NCBI GenBank assembly: GCA_965231005.1
Contig: OZ246405.1
Coordinates: 231,204 to 295,203 of the forward strand
Length of the DNA: 64,000 bases
Reading direction: 5' to 3'
Source of the DNA: an uncultured Gammaproteobacteria bacterium
GTDB lineage: Bacteria; Patescibacteriota; Patescibacteriia; Magasanikbacterales; UBA922
Position 1 is the stretch's first letter. Each line of letters begins with the position of its first letter. Of this stretch, positions 25,195-33,930 are shown piece by piece. The notes below the pieces were generated by a model that saw nothing but the letters and a program-made list of their open reading frames with translations, did no database searches and was not told where the DNA came from. A program made the translations under genes and the position numbers.

Positions 25195-26307
25195 TCAGCC
25201 TTTTTTTACAAACCGCCAAATATCTCTTCCAACTTTTTGGCCTGAACGGTGGTAGAGGAGGGAAGAATTCTCTTTTGAAAACGGTTCAATCGCAAATCCT
25301 TGATTTTTAATATCTTCTATACAATCAATTTCAATCCAGCCTTCATTATATTGAAATTTTGGAATAATAAATACTACAACACCATCATTTTTTAATATTT
25401 TTGAAAAATTCCTAAACGCATCTACATACAATCCTTTTAATTCTACGGCTTGCCCACGCAAAAAATCTTCTTTTTCATTTCCATGAAGTGGTTTTCCCAT
25501 ATATGGTTCTGTAACAATCACATCAACCATTTCTTTTACTGTTGATGAAAGATTTTTTACATCGCTCTTGACGACTTTTCCTTCCTTTTCAATCCAATCC
25601 AAATTTTTCTTTGTGTCCTCAACAGCTTTTTCTGAAATATCTGATCCCATTGCTTTAAAACCAAGAAGCGCTGCTTCCATTAAAAGAACACCTGAACCAC
25701 AAAAAGGATCAAGGAGTGTTCCTTTCTCAATACCAGATAGATTAATCATCATACGAGCAAGCTTTGGAGGAAGCATACCACTCTTGCTATCTGCTCCTGG
25801 CTTACCATAATCACGAGAAGAAAATTCTTCAAGTGGTTGGATTGCTCTAGTGACAAACACATCTTTTTTCAAAACAGTAAAATCAGTTTGTTTTTCAACC
25901 AAATTATTGTGCAACACTGTTGCAGAATTCTTTTCTTCAATATACCGAACAGAACGTCCAGTGCTTTTAAGTTCTTTCTTTACTTTTAATGCAGTTTGTT
26001 TTGCATTATCTCCATGAACAGAAAAATGAATCTTGCCCTCTGGTTGAAGTTTCTGAATATGACTAACCAAAAAAGAAACAACATTCTCTGCTTGTCCAAG
26101 ATGCTCAGAAATTGATATTGTTCCACCAAGTCTTTGCATCAATGCTGTACAATCGATCTCATGATCTAATTCAATGTGCAACAATCCATTCTCCAATTTC
26201 CAACCCGCCTGTCCGGCAGGCAGGTTTCGAATTTCCAATTTCAAAATTTGCTGAATCTCTGCAGCAGATATGTGTGGTTGATGTCCAAGTGTAAATAAAT
26301 ATTTCAT
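25195..26307 (-). CDS. THUMP-domain RNA (guanine-N2 / adenine-N6 type) methyltransferase
   Basis: 370 aa. Motif I is LDPFCGSGVLLMEAA and motif IV is VTEPYMG (DPPY-like), with an N-terminal THUMP-like region. Confidence 0.65.
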   Translation of the reverse strand: MKYLFTLGHQPHISAAEIQQILKLEIRNLPAGQAGWKLENGLLHIELDHEIDCTALMQRLGGTISISEHLGQAENVVSFLVSHIQKLQPEGKIHFSVHGDNAKQTALKVKKELKSTGRSVRYIEEKNSATVLHNNLVEKQTDFTVLKKDVFVTRAIQPLEEFSSRDYGKPGADSKSGMLPPKLARMMINLSGIEKGTLLDPFCGSGVLLMEAALLGFKAMGSDISEKAVEDTKKNLDWIEKEGKVVKSDVKNLSSTVKEMVDVIVTEPYMGKPLHGNEKEDFLRGQAVELKGLYVDAFRNFSKILKNDGVVVFIIPKFQYNEGWIEIDCIEDIKNQGFAIEPFSKENSSLLYHRSGQKVGRDIWRFVKKG

Positions 26308-26451
26308 ATGAATGCAATACTTTACAGTATGATATCACAAAAGTCAATTTGACATTCAATTATCAGTGTAGTAATCTATGTATAACAATTCAAAAGTATC
26401 AAGAAGGACAGAGGGAAATGGCCCGTTGACGTCCTACCAACCTAGTGCACA

Positions 26452-26560
26452 GTTTGACAACCTCGACTCACTGCGATAAGGTGGTACATCCATCCCAGCA
26501 AGGGAACGATACGCTCTAAAAGAGAAAAAAATCTTCTTGCTGCTTGCAAGTTTTTTTGAT
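26452..26560 (+). ncRNA. candidate small RNA transcription unit (promoter to terminator, no ORF)
   Basis: TTGACA-N17-TAAGGT at 26452-26480 is followed by about 80 nt with no ATG-initiated ORF. This is followed by the hairpin cttgctgcttgcaag and a T7 run at 26536-26558. Confidence 0.3.
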
Positions 26561-26642
26561 GCAGAAATATATATTACTGTTGTGTATACTTCTGCGTTAA
26601 CAAACGCAAACCTCGAAACACACAGGCATAAGGGGGTGTACA

Positions 26643-27965
26643 ATGCCACATGTTTTCCTTGGAAATTTTGACCAATTCTTCGATGGTCCGCCAACTCGAA
26701 AAGACGCTCACAAGATCTTTCGTCTTGGAGACAGAATCACGCACAATACTGTCGAAGTAGCAGGGTTTGACCCTGACTCAGTCGGCATTCTTCCTTCGCA
26801 GCCAAGCCGAGAGTACCTCAGCTACCTCCAGCACCAGCTCTACCGCTGTGGGAGCAGCCTGCCAAGATTTGTCGCACCAACCACTGTTGATCCAAATCGA
26901 CTGTGTCTGGCAAAGGCGCTTCTTGAAGACAAAGCACTCATGAGGGAGCTGAAGAGGAAAAAAGGCTGGGTCGTTCATGGCCTGATTTCTTCTCCTGACC
27001 TGACAGAAGTCGCAGAAGCCCTCGGCGGAACGGTTGCACCGATGACAGACCGTGCTATGCGAGCAGGAATCGCCATGCGCATCCGCAGCAAGGGCTGGTT
27101 CAAGGCAATCTGCAGTCGAAAGGACATCAACATCAGGACTCCAGAAGGCGTGTGTGTTGATTCGATTGGAAACGCTGCACATGTTTGCCTTAATCGGCTT
27201 GAGCGTGACATCGATCTGATGCTCAGAATCGACATCTCTGCTGGTGGCCTGGGCAACCTCGAGTTTCTTCGAAGTCTCTTCGATGGCGAGCTCTCATTCA
27301 GAACGGTTCTCGCAACGCTTCAGCACAAAAGCCCAGAGTCTTGGGCTGGCAAGCTCATTCATGTCGAAACCAATCACGAGACTGTTCACGACCTGGCAAG
27401 CGTCTACTACGTCGATGACGAAGGACCCAAATTCCAGTGCCTGGTCGACCGAAAGGTCAAAAAGGGTGAGTCTGGAGGAGCAATCTGGCCCTCGACCTGC
27501 CCTGAGCCGCAAGCACAGGAAATCCGACAGGCGTCTGATCGGTTCATGCAACTTCTCTGGAACATTGGATACCGTGGCTGGGCAGACATTGACTGGGCGA
27601 TTCTCAAAGATGGAAGCATCATGGCCTTTGAGTGCAATGCGCGCTGGCTGGCCACGAACGCTCTCCTGTCCATGCTGAATCGACACGAACTCAATATGAG
27701 CCAGCTTGCTGGGGAAAGCATCGACTACCTGAAACTGCCGCACCATGTTGACCAAGCACAATTTTCTGCCTTCATGCTGCGAGGAAACCAACCTACAAAC
27801 AGGCGAATGTGGACTCAGGCAGAAATCATGATTCCAGCTCAGAACGGTTCAGCGTCTCTGGTCATTCTTGGCCAGGATGCAGACAGCATCGATCTGAGAA
27901 AGCGACAGATCTACTCATGGTGTAGGGAAGGCTCAAGCCCAAAAAAGCCGCGTGCAGCACTCTAG
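26643..27965 (+). CDS. ATP-grasp-like ligase family protein A (high-GC islet)
   Basis: 440 aa. The C-terminal IGYRGWADIDWAILKDGSIMAFECNARW carries the ATP-grasp E-x-N-x-R metal-binding motif. The SD aagggggt lies 6 nt upstream. It is a paralog of the 35514..36854 gene. Confidence 0.6.
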   Translation: MPHVFLGNFDQFFDGPPTRKDAHKIFRLGDRITHNTVEVAGFDPDSVGILPSQPSREYLSYLQHQLYRCGSSLPRFVAPTTVDPNRLCLAKALLEDKALMRELKRKKGWVVHGLISSPDLTEVAEALGGTVAPMTDRAMRAGIAMRIRSKGWFKAICSRKDINIRTPEGVCVDSIGNAAHVCLNRLERDIDLMLRIDISAGGLGNLEFLRSLFDGELSFRTVLATLQHKSPESWAGKLIHVETNHETVHDLASVYYVDDEGPKFQCLVDRKVKKGESGGAIWPSTCPEPQAQEIRQASDRFMQLLWNIGYRGWADIDWAILKDGSIMAFECNARWLATNALLSMLNRHELNMSQLAGESIDYLKLPHHVDQAQFSAFMLRGNQPTNRRMWTQAEIMIPAQNGSASLVILGQDADSIDLRKRQIYSWCREGSSPKKPRAAL

Positions 27966-28052
27966 CTAGCAAAACACAACAAAGGGGGGTTCCAGGATGC
28001 ATCGCGTCCTGGAACACTCAGCTGAATAAGAATACCTCTTATTGAGTTGAAT

Positions 28053-28082
28053 AAAAAAGCAGGCAAAGACCTGCTTTTTTGT
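28053..28082 (+). terminator. Rho-independent terminator
   Basis: aaaaaagcaggcaaagacctgctttttt. Confidence 0.7.
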
Positions 28083-28338
28083 TTACTTGGGTTGACGGCC
28101 TAGGTGCCCAATTTCTCACACCAATCCCCCCATCCCAAGTATCCATTCACAGGGACTCGGAAGAGTCCCCACGTCTTATGGGAGACGAGAAATGAGTTCT
28201 ATTATGGAGATGATAACTCTCCAGTCAATATGTATATTGATATAGAACTGTTTCGTTTTGATGATCATATGCGTGTTTGCATATGGGACAACAATGATGG
28301 GGCTTACTAGCCCCTGTGAGTGGACAAAAAAACGCCTA

Positions 28339-28636
28339 GTTGGGCAGAATGAATGCGAGTCAATTGTCCCGTCTACGTTACGCAGACTACAATACCGGAC
28401 ATACGTTTCCGGAAGGCGTTACATGACGTGCGTCAAACCCTTAACTCTACATCCATTGGGGTCTGCCCAACGAAAGCGTTTTATGTGTTGAATTTTGGAT
28501 AGATCAGTAGTATATCATAAATAAAAAAGCCTTTTAATTGGGCGGAATGTTGAGTCGATCCTATCATCTGTGATACGAGGAGGCGTTACTCGATAGTTAT
28601 TATCGAACCCTCAGACCAACTCTGTAGATTCCGCCT
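28339..28636 (+). repeat. Two tandem, diverged ~100-130 nt structured elements (each closed by a 9-10 bp stem) upstream of the IS1595 transposase gene
   Basis: Unit 1 (28339-28471) is closed by gttgggcaga...tctgcccaac. Unit 2 (28538-28636) is closed by gggcggaat...attccgccc. Both begin TTGGGC(A/G)GAATG(A/T)(A/T)G.GAGTC, are preceded by an A6-7 run, and are followed by a CAGTA(G)TATA motif. Confidence 0.45.
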
Positions 28637-28733
28637 GCTTAAAAAGCTTTTTACACAGTATAGCATATTCTAGTTATCCGCTTGTATAACACAAATAGAT
28701 TCACCTATAATCGGTAATTTTTGGCTTGCAAAT

Positions 28734-29648
28734 ATGACTATGCCTAAACCAGAACGCTATTCAATCAAGGACTTCAGACGCGACTTCGGTGACGATGACG
28801 CGTGTTTAAAGTACCTATTTGAGACGTATTATGAAGGGTATTCATGTCCTAATTGCGGGCGTTCTGCGAAGTCATTTAAGCGAGTCAGAGGTCGCAAAGA
28901 TTACGCTTGCGCATGTGGCCACCAAATCCGACCATTGGCAGGGACGATCTTTCGGAAAAGCACCACACCACTTAGCGTCTGGTTTTATGCTATTTTCCTG
29001 TTCAGCCACTCGAAACATTCCATTACTGGAGCAGAACTTGCCCGTCAACTCGGAGTAACTGAAAAGTGCGCCTGGAGGATTGGAATGAAGATTCGATCAC
29101 TTATGGCGCAGAAAGACCCCCAGTATGCGGAGCGTACTGATGGAGTCTATGAGCTAGACGAGTGCTATATCGGTGGGGTGGTACGTAGGCGGAAAGGGTA
29201 TTTTAACAAAGACGGCTGGAAGCAACATGAAGACAAAAAAACCCCAGTATTTGGGATTTTGAAACGGGGTGGAGCAGTCTTTGCAAAGGTTGTTTCCGAT
29301 ACACAGCGACTGACACTTTCAAAGTATATCTTTAGGATGATTAAGGCTGGATCAGAAGTGAATACCGATGAGGCGTCAGTATATAGTGATCTAGGAAATC
29401 GGTATGTACACCGGACGGTTAATCACACAAAGAAAGAGTTTGTGTATAAGACGTGCTATACCAATTCACTAGAGAACTTCTGGCGATCTGTTAAGGATTG
29501 CTATCGTGTTCACAGGTACATTTCTCGCAAACACCTTCAGGCGTATGTTGATTACTGCGTGTTTCTTTACAATCACAGGAATGATCGTGTTCCGATCTTT
29601 CTGACCCTTCTTGGTCGTGCCTGCCAATCGCCTTATTTAAAAGACTAA
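28734..29648 (+). CDS. IS1595-family transposase (copy 1)
   Basis: 304 aa with an N-terminal zinc ribbon (CPNCG...CACGH) and an IS1595-type DDE catalytic region. The conserved C-terminus is ENFWRSVKD...YNHRN. Its GC content is intermediate. Confidence 0.8.
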   Translation: MTMPKPERYSIKDFRRDFGDDDACLKYLFETYYEGYSCPNCGRSAKSFKRVRGRKDYACACGHQIRPLAGTIFRKSTTPLSVWFYAIFLFSHSKHSITGAELARQLGVTEKCAWRIGMKIRSLMAQKDPQYAERTDGVYELDECYIGGVVRRRKGYFNKDGWKQHEDKKTPVFGILKRGGAVFAKVVSDTQRLTLSKYIFRMIKAGSEVNTDEASVYSDLGNRYVHRTVNHTKKEFVYKTCYTNSLENFWRSVKDCYRVHRYISRKHLQAYVDYCVFLYNHRNDRVPIFLTLLGRACQSPYLKD

Positions 29649-30272
29649 AAAAGGCTTTTTTGTTTGTTGATTTTGGGTTCATATGGATCCAGTATAGCAA
29701 TTCCGATGTTGAGAAATCAAGTAGGACTTGCAATATATTTAATATCGTGTAAAATAAGAAGTGGCTATATCATACTAACTTCAAAATTTTTATAGATATA
29801 ATTTTTAAGAAGTCCAATGTGGTGGCAACATCGCACCTATCTCAACAGAGGAAGGTGTGATATAGCCAAATTTCACACAACCTATTCGATTTGTATCTAT
29901 ATACAAAAAGATGGGTGTTGATTTGCCCCTACATTGGACTTTTTTGTTCATTAAAGACCAGCTGTCTCAGATACTATCCTCCCGATGGTATTATGGCGCA
30001 GACCAAAAAAGACGTGCAGCGCACACGTCTTTGATGGAAAAGATAGTTAGATTAACACCCAGTTGATTTTTCTAGCAAATTCTCCCACACAACCAGTGTG
30101 GGGTTTTTGTTTTATTTATTTTGGATGGAGTAGTATTAAACCACGTCAGGTTTTGCTTGTCAAGTACAGTATATCATAGGAATTATGCTTACGCTAGCAT
30201 ACTAATTGTAACCTGTGAATAACGCTTTATAAAGGGTTATAACCCCTTAAAGCTGTTACCTATTACCCACCT

Positions 30273-30304
30273 AAAAAACACCCCTCAGCTGAGGGGTTGT
30301 TTTA
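30273..30304. terminator. bidirectional hairpin terminator
   Basis: aaaaaacacccctcagctgaggggttgtttt. Confidence 0.6.
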
Positions 30305-30616
30305 ATCTCTAATTCCTTTCATTCTCATACAGACATTGTATACAGCGAAGCTTTCTTTCACTCTAGAATCTACAAGTTGTCTTGGTGGTGGACCTACTGC
30401 CAATGGTCTTAATTCCATGCTTTGCTCATATGCAGATTCAATAGTTCTTTTTTGCATCTTCCCACACTCTACGCTGACAATAGCGGGATACACCTCAAAC
30501 CAGAGAAACAAGCCAGTGCCAGCGATAATAATAAGAATTGTTTTTTTATTAAATTTTTTTGTAAACATATAAAGAAGTATATCATATCTTCCCCCAACCA
30601 TTGACAAGCTCCTCAA
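30302..30616 (-). CDS. small hypothetical membrane protein
   Basis: 104 aa with one TM segment (KTILIIIAGTGLFLWFEVYPAIV). The start is uncertain; an alternative is MFTKKF. Confidence 0.4.
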   Translation of the reverse strand: MRSLSMVGGRYDILLYMFTKKFNKKTILIIIAGTGLFLWFEVYPAIVSVECGKMQKRTIESAYEQSMELRPLAVGPPPRQLVDSRVKESFAVYNVCMRMKGIRD

Positions 30617-30795
30617 AATATGATAGATTCGAAGTGGCTATCCAATATCTAAAATCAACATTTTACTTATTTTTTTATCACGAACGGAGACTATCTATAG
30701 TACACTCCTCTTTGCTTATGAGCAAAGATGGTAGTCGTTCCATAAGCTCATCGTTCGTGATGAAAATTTGGGTAGCCACGACTACCTTTTTTGTT
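30601..30795 (+). promoter_or_regulatory. sigma70-type promoter plus ~130-nt structured leader ending in terminator hairpin + U-tract (candidate riboswitch/attenuator)
   Basis: TTGACA-N17-TAGATT is at 30601-30629. Nested stems atcacgaacg...cgttcgtgat and gcttatg...cataagc follow. The hairpin ggtag-ccacga-ctacc plus tttttt then lies immediately before the ATG of the 30768 ORF. Confidence 0.4.
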
Positions 30796-30995
30796 ATATG
30801 AAAACTGAAACATGGGGTAGGAGGTTAGGATTTGTTGTACTCGCGGTTCTCTTTACTGCGCTGTATAATGGCGAATCCACTGTCATACATTGGGGATGGG
30901 AGTCCTGGCTTGTCAAAGCCGGGGTCATGTACCTTCTCATCTGGGCAATGTACGAAGTTGGAAGAATTGAAGAAAAACAAACACAAATGAAATAA
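30768..30995 (+). CDS. small hypothetical 2-TM membrane protein
   Basis: 75 aa (65 aa if translation starts at MKTETWG). It has two hydrophobic helices and is followed by the terminator at 30995-31027. Confidence 0.45.
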   Translation: MGSHDYLFCYMKTETWGRRLGFVVLAVLFTALYNGESTVIHWGWESWLVKAGVMYLLIWAMYEVGRIEEKQTQMK

Positions 30996-31027
30996 AAAAA
31001 CAGCCCTTTGTAGGGCTGTTTTTTTAT
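30995..31027 (+). terminator. Rho-independent terminator
   Basis: aaaaaacagccctttgtagggctgttttttt. Confidence 0.7.
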
Positions 31028-31075
31028 GCTGTTTTACACTCAACACCCCCCCACCACCAATCTAATGAATACCGC

Positions 31076-31915
31076 TTGTTTGTCAAGGTCACTCTACTTG
31101 GGCTGAAGGGTTGGATGCCCATTATTTTAATTTTTCATGATTTTTATTTTATTTATGTGACATATTATGTGTCGTACATTCCTATGCAGGATAGTTGCGA
31201 CTCTGATGAACAACCACATTCAAGAGGGATCTTCTCCCTTTTCAAAAAAAATGTGGAAGGTAACTATCCCCTTATGACAAGTAAACAGGGTTTACCCTAT
31301 AGACAAGTAAAAAAAGAACGTGGTAGACTACGGGATATGATTGAAATATATAAAATGTGGAGAGTATGCCGCTTGCTCAGAAAGAATGAATCTATTTGGT
31401 ACTGTGCGAGAAAAACACGAGAGACTCGTTCGTATTTGGATGGAAAAGATGAATACAAACATTATCATAGTGAAGATTTAGATAAAATCGTACAAGGACG
31501 TGTTACTTATGGAATAGCGTTAGACGAGGATAGGCTACTAGCTAAAAGAAATACCCTCGTTTGGGCGTATATTACAAAATACCACAAAGAACTAAAAAAG
31601 AAAGGATCAGATAATGTAATCGGTCTCAAAGACCCACTTAGCAAGGAGGTTGCGAGAACGGTGTCAAAAGTACAATCATACATAAACAGCTGTATAGATA
31701 GGGGTTTTATAGGTGAAAAAAACAAAATGATTTATATTACAGGCAAAGGAAAATTGTTTGCTGATCCGACTTGTGTGGGATTACTAAAATCTTGGATAAA
31801 TGAGATTGGTACACTATGGAAAGTCATTATGCTCATTCTAACTTTTCTTGCTGGTTTGAATTGGAGTCGTATATCTGATATAGTACAAACATTCTATGAA
31901 AAAATCAGTCAATAA
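31076..31915 (+). CDS. hypothetical protein with C-terminal TM helix (start uncertain)
   Basis: An ORF of up to 279 aa; candidate starts are MQDSC (31184) and MTSKQ. It has no recognisable motif and lies between the two IS1595 transposase genes. Confidence 0.4.
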   Translation: MFVKVTLLGLKGWMPIILIFHDFYFIYVTYYVSYIPMQDSCDSDEQPHSRGIFSLFKKNVEGNYPLMTSKQGLPYRQVKKERGRLRDMIEIYKMWRVCRLLRKNESIWYCARKTRETRSYLDGKDEYKHYHSEDLDKIVQGRVTYGIALDEDRLLAKRNTLVWAYITKYHKELKKKGSDNVIGLKDPLSKEVARTVSKVQSYINSCIDRGFIGEKNKMIYITGKGKLFADPTCVGLLKSWINEIGTLWKVIMLILTFLAGLNWSRISDIVQTFYEKISQ

Positions 31916-31944
31916 AAAATCATTCTTCTCCCTTCTTAGCAAGG

Positions 31945-32817
31945 CTATTTCACCATCTCAGAAAGAAGATGAAGAAAAATTGGGAGTGGCGAATGACGAT
32001 GATTATAATGATACGCAATCTCATCCACATACCGCTGAAGATACTTCGGAGAAACAGAATGATACGTCCCAGAAATAGATCTCTTTAGCTGAGACCAAAA
32101 CCCTTCAATGGTATTTACATGGACTACGCCTCGGGCGTATTCTTTTTTTCCATGATTCACAGTTCCATGAGTGTACCGATGCTTCAATGTATCGTACACA
32201 GAGAACTCGTCAGTCATAACAATGGAATCCAGTTCTACCTGTTGTCGGATAAGTGGCATAACGGATGATCTTGTTGTATCTGCCACTGTTTTGGCGTAAA
32301 CGCCCCCACACCTCTTAGCAATCCCTACTACTGGTGTTTTATCTGTACCACGCCCTCTTTTGTGCTTTCTCTTACTCATATGCTTATTCCTGTCTGCTCC
32401 ACCTACATACGTCTCATCTATCTCAAATACCCCTATATCTTTCTTAGGGTCTTGTCCCATTAACTTGCGTATCTCCTTTGCCATTCTCCACGCTGTCTTA
32501 TATGTTACCCCCACATGACGCTCTATTTCCTTGGCAGATACCCCATTTTTAGACTGGCTCATAAGAAAAATGGCAAAAAACCACAAATTCAATGGTGTAC
32601 TAGACTTTTCAAAGATCGTCCCCTTTAAAGGATGAATTTGAAAACTACACCACTGACAAGAATAGCACTTCCGCTTTGAAACCCTATGGAATTTTGACTT
32701 CTTATGCTTGCACTTTGGACAAGTAAACGCTTGACCAAACTTCTTATTAAAGATATACTCTAAACAAGTAATATCATTTGGAAACTCTTTTTTAAGCCTA
32801 GATATAGTATATTTCAT
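31945..32817 (-). CDS. IS1595-family transposase (copy 2, low-GC)
   Basis: 290 aa with a zinc ribbon (CPKCKH...CQWC) and the same conserved blocks as copy 1 (about 45 % identity by eye), ending in ...EGFWSQLKR...YNHRH. Confidence 0.8.
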   Translation of the reverse strand: MKYTISRLKKEFPNDITCLEYIFNKKFGQAFTCPKCKHKKSKFHRVSKRKCYSCQWCSFQIHPLKGTIFEKSSTPLNLWFFAIFLMSQSKNGVSAKEIERHVGVTYKTAWRMAKEIRKLMGQDPKKDIGVFEIDETYVGGADRNKHMSKRKHKRGRGTDKTPVVGIAKRCGGVYAKTVADTTRSSVMPLIRQQVELDSIVMTDEFSVYDTLKHRYTHGTVNHGKKEYARGVVHVNTIEGFWSQLKRSISGTYHSVSPKYLQRYVDEIAYHYNHRHSPLPIFLHLLSEMVK

Positions 32818-33127
32818 ATGTCGTACATTATTTATTACGACTGTATTATATCACGGCATAAACTACTTGTCAAGAAGGGATAGTTACCATGTGGAATGCA
32901 TTCCTTCTCTGAAGGTCGGCAATTCTAATTTGCAATCTAGAACACACAGTTATCTACTTGTCAAGCAAGTCGTCAAAAACAGGCCAAAATTAAACAAATG
33001 TGAAAATAGCTTCATATGGAACAAAATTAAACAAATTGTTTAATTTTATATATACTTTTTGCAAAACAATTAAAAAAGTATAGACTACTCTATACTTTTT
33101 CAAAACTCTAAGAAAAAATTTTTGTAG

Positions 33128-33199
33128 TCCCCTCGGCATGAATCGAACATGCGTTTAGGCGTTAGGAGTGCCTCGTTCTATCCACTGAACTACGAGGGG
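33128..33199 (-). tRNA. tRNA-Arg (anticodon CCT)
   Basis: Folded by hand. The acceptor stem CCCCTCG/CGAGGGG is perfect. The D-arm is GTTC-AGTGGATA-GAAC and the anticodon loop CTCCTAA gives anticodon CCT. The T-arm is GCATG-TTCGATT-CATGC with discriminator A. CCA is not encoded. Confidence 0.8.
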
Positions 33200-33206
33200 G
33201 TAACAA

Positions 33207-33683
33207 CTATGATGAAGCCTTCCTCTCTGGATACTCCCTAGCCTTATATCCCATTGGAAGGAGTTCCTGTGTATTTGTTTCAATAACTGTTGAAAAATCA
33301 CTATTACTAATCAAAATCCTGATAGGTCCTTTGCTCGCTCCATACGACTCAGCCTCAGAAAGAATCTGCCTACACAATCCGCAAGGAGCCATAGGACTGT
33401 CTGGAGCCTTATCTCCATAAAAGCCTACAATTGCGAGCAGATCATAATTATAGTCTCCCTCGTACAAAGCTCTATCAAGAGCCATCCGTTCTGCACAAGT
33501 AGAATTACTTGCATTTGTCCTGCGAACACTCACTCCATTGTGAATTACGCCATTGCTTGCCAGAAGAGCAGCACCGACATAACGATTTGCCTTCTTATTT
33601 ATATATCTACCACCAACACTATGAGCTGACTTCAAAAGATTCTGCTCATTTTCACTCAGATTGTTGTATTCAAGATGCTTCAT
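33207..33683 (-). CDS. cdd: cytidine deaminase
   Basis: The zinc-binding motifs CAERMAL and PCGLCRQ are typical of the CDA family. The start was trimmed to ATG 33683 (MKHLEYNN). Confidence 0.8.
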   Translation of the reverse strand: MKHLEYNNLSENEQNLLKSAHSVGGRYINKKANRYVGAALLASNGVIHNGVSVRRTNASNSTCAERMALDRALYEGDYNYDLLAIVGFYGDKAPDSPMAPCGLCRQILSEAESYGASKGPIRILISNSDFSTVIETNTQELLPMGYKAREYPERKASS

Positions 33684-33930
33684 ATTACAATTGTGCGACA
33701 CTAAAATTATACTTAATCTAGATTAATACTTTATACAAGATCAATCCGTCTTTTTAAAAGACAATTCCATTGGCATTCTTTTCTACGCATAGAATAGAGA
33801 AAAAAAAAGAATTTGTCAATGCAAATTTCTTTGCTATTTTCGCTTTTGTTTAATTCTCTATATAAAAATCACTCTTTGCTTGTCTTGCCAAATTATAATG
33901 ATATAATATGGTAGCTATTAACAATATTTT

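Noticed and set aside
28104-28491. Two small plus-strand ORFs (68 and 77 aa) upstream of the IS1595 transposase
   Set aside because: They overlap each other out of frame, have no SD, and coincide with stem-closed tandem structured repeats. They are more likely non-coding.
29491-32078. Small ORFs 29491..29733 (minus) and 31896..32078 (plus) sharing NKKAFFSLLNKAI-like peptides
   Set aside because: Both are antisense read-throughs of the conserved C-terminal ends of the two IS1595 transposase genes, which explains their similarity. They are not independent genes.
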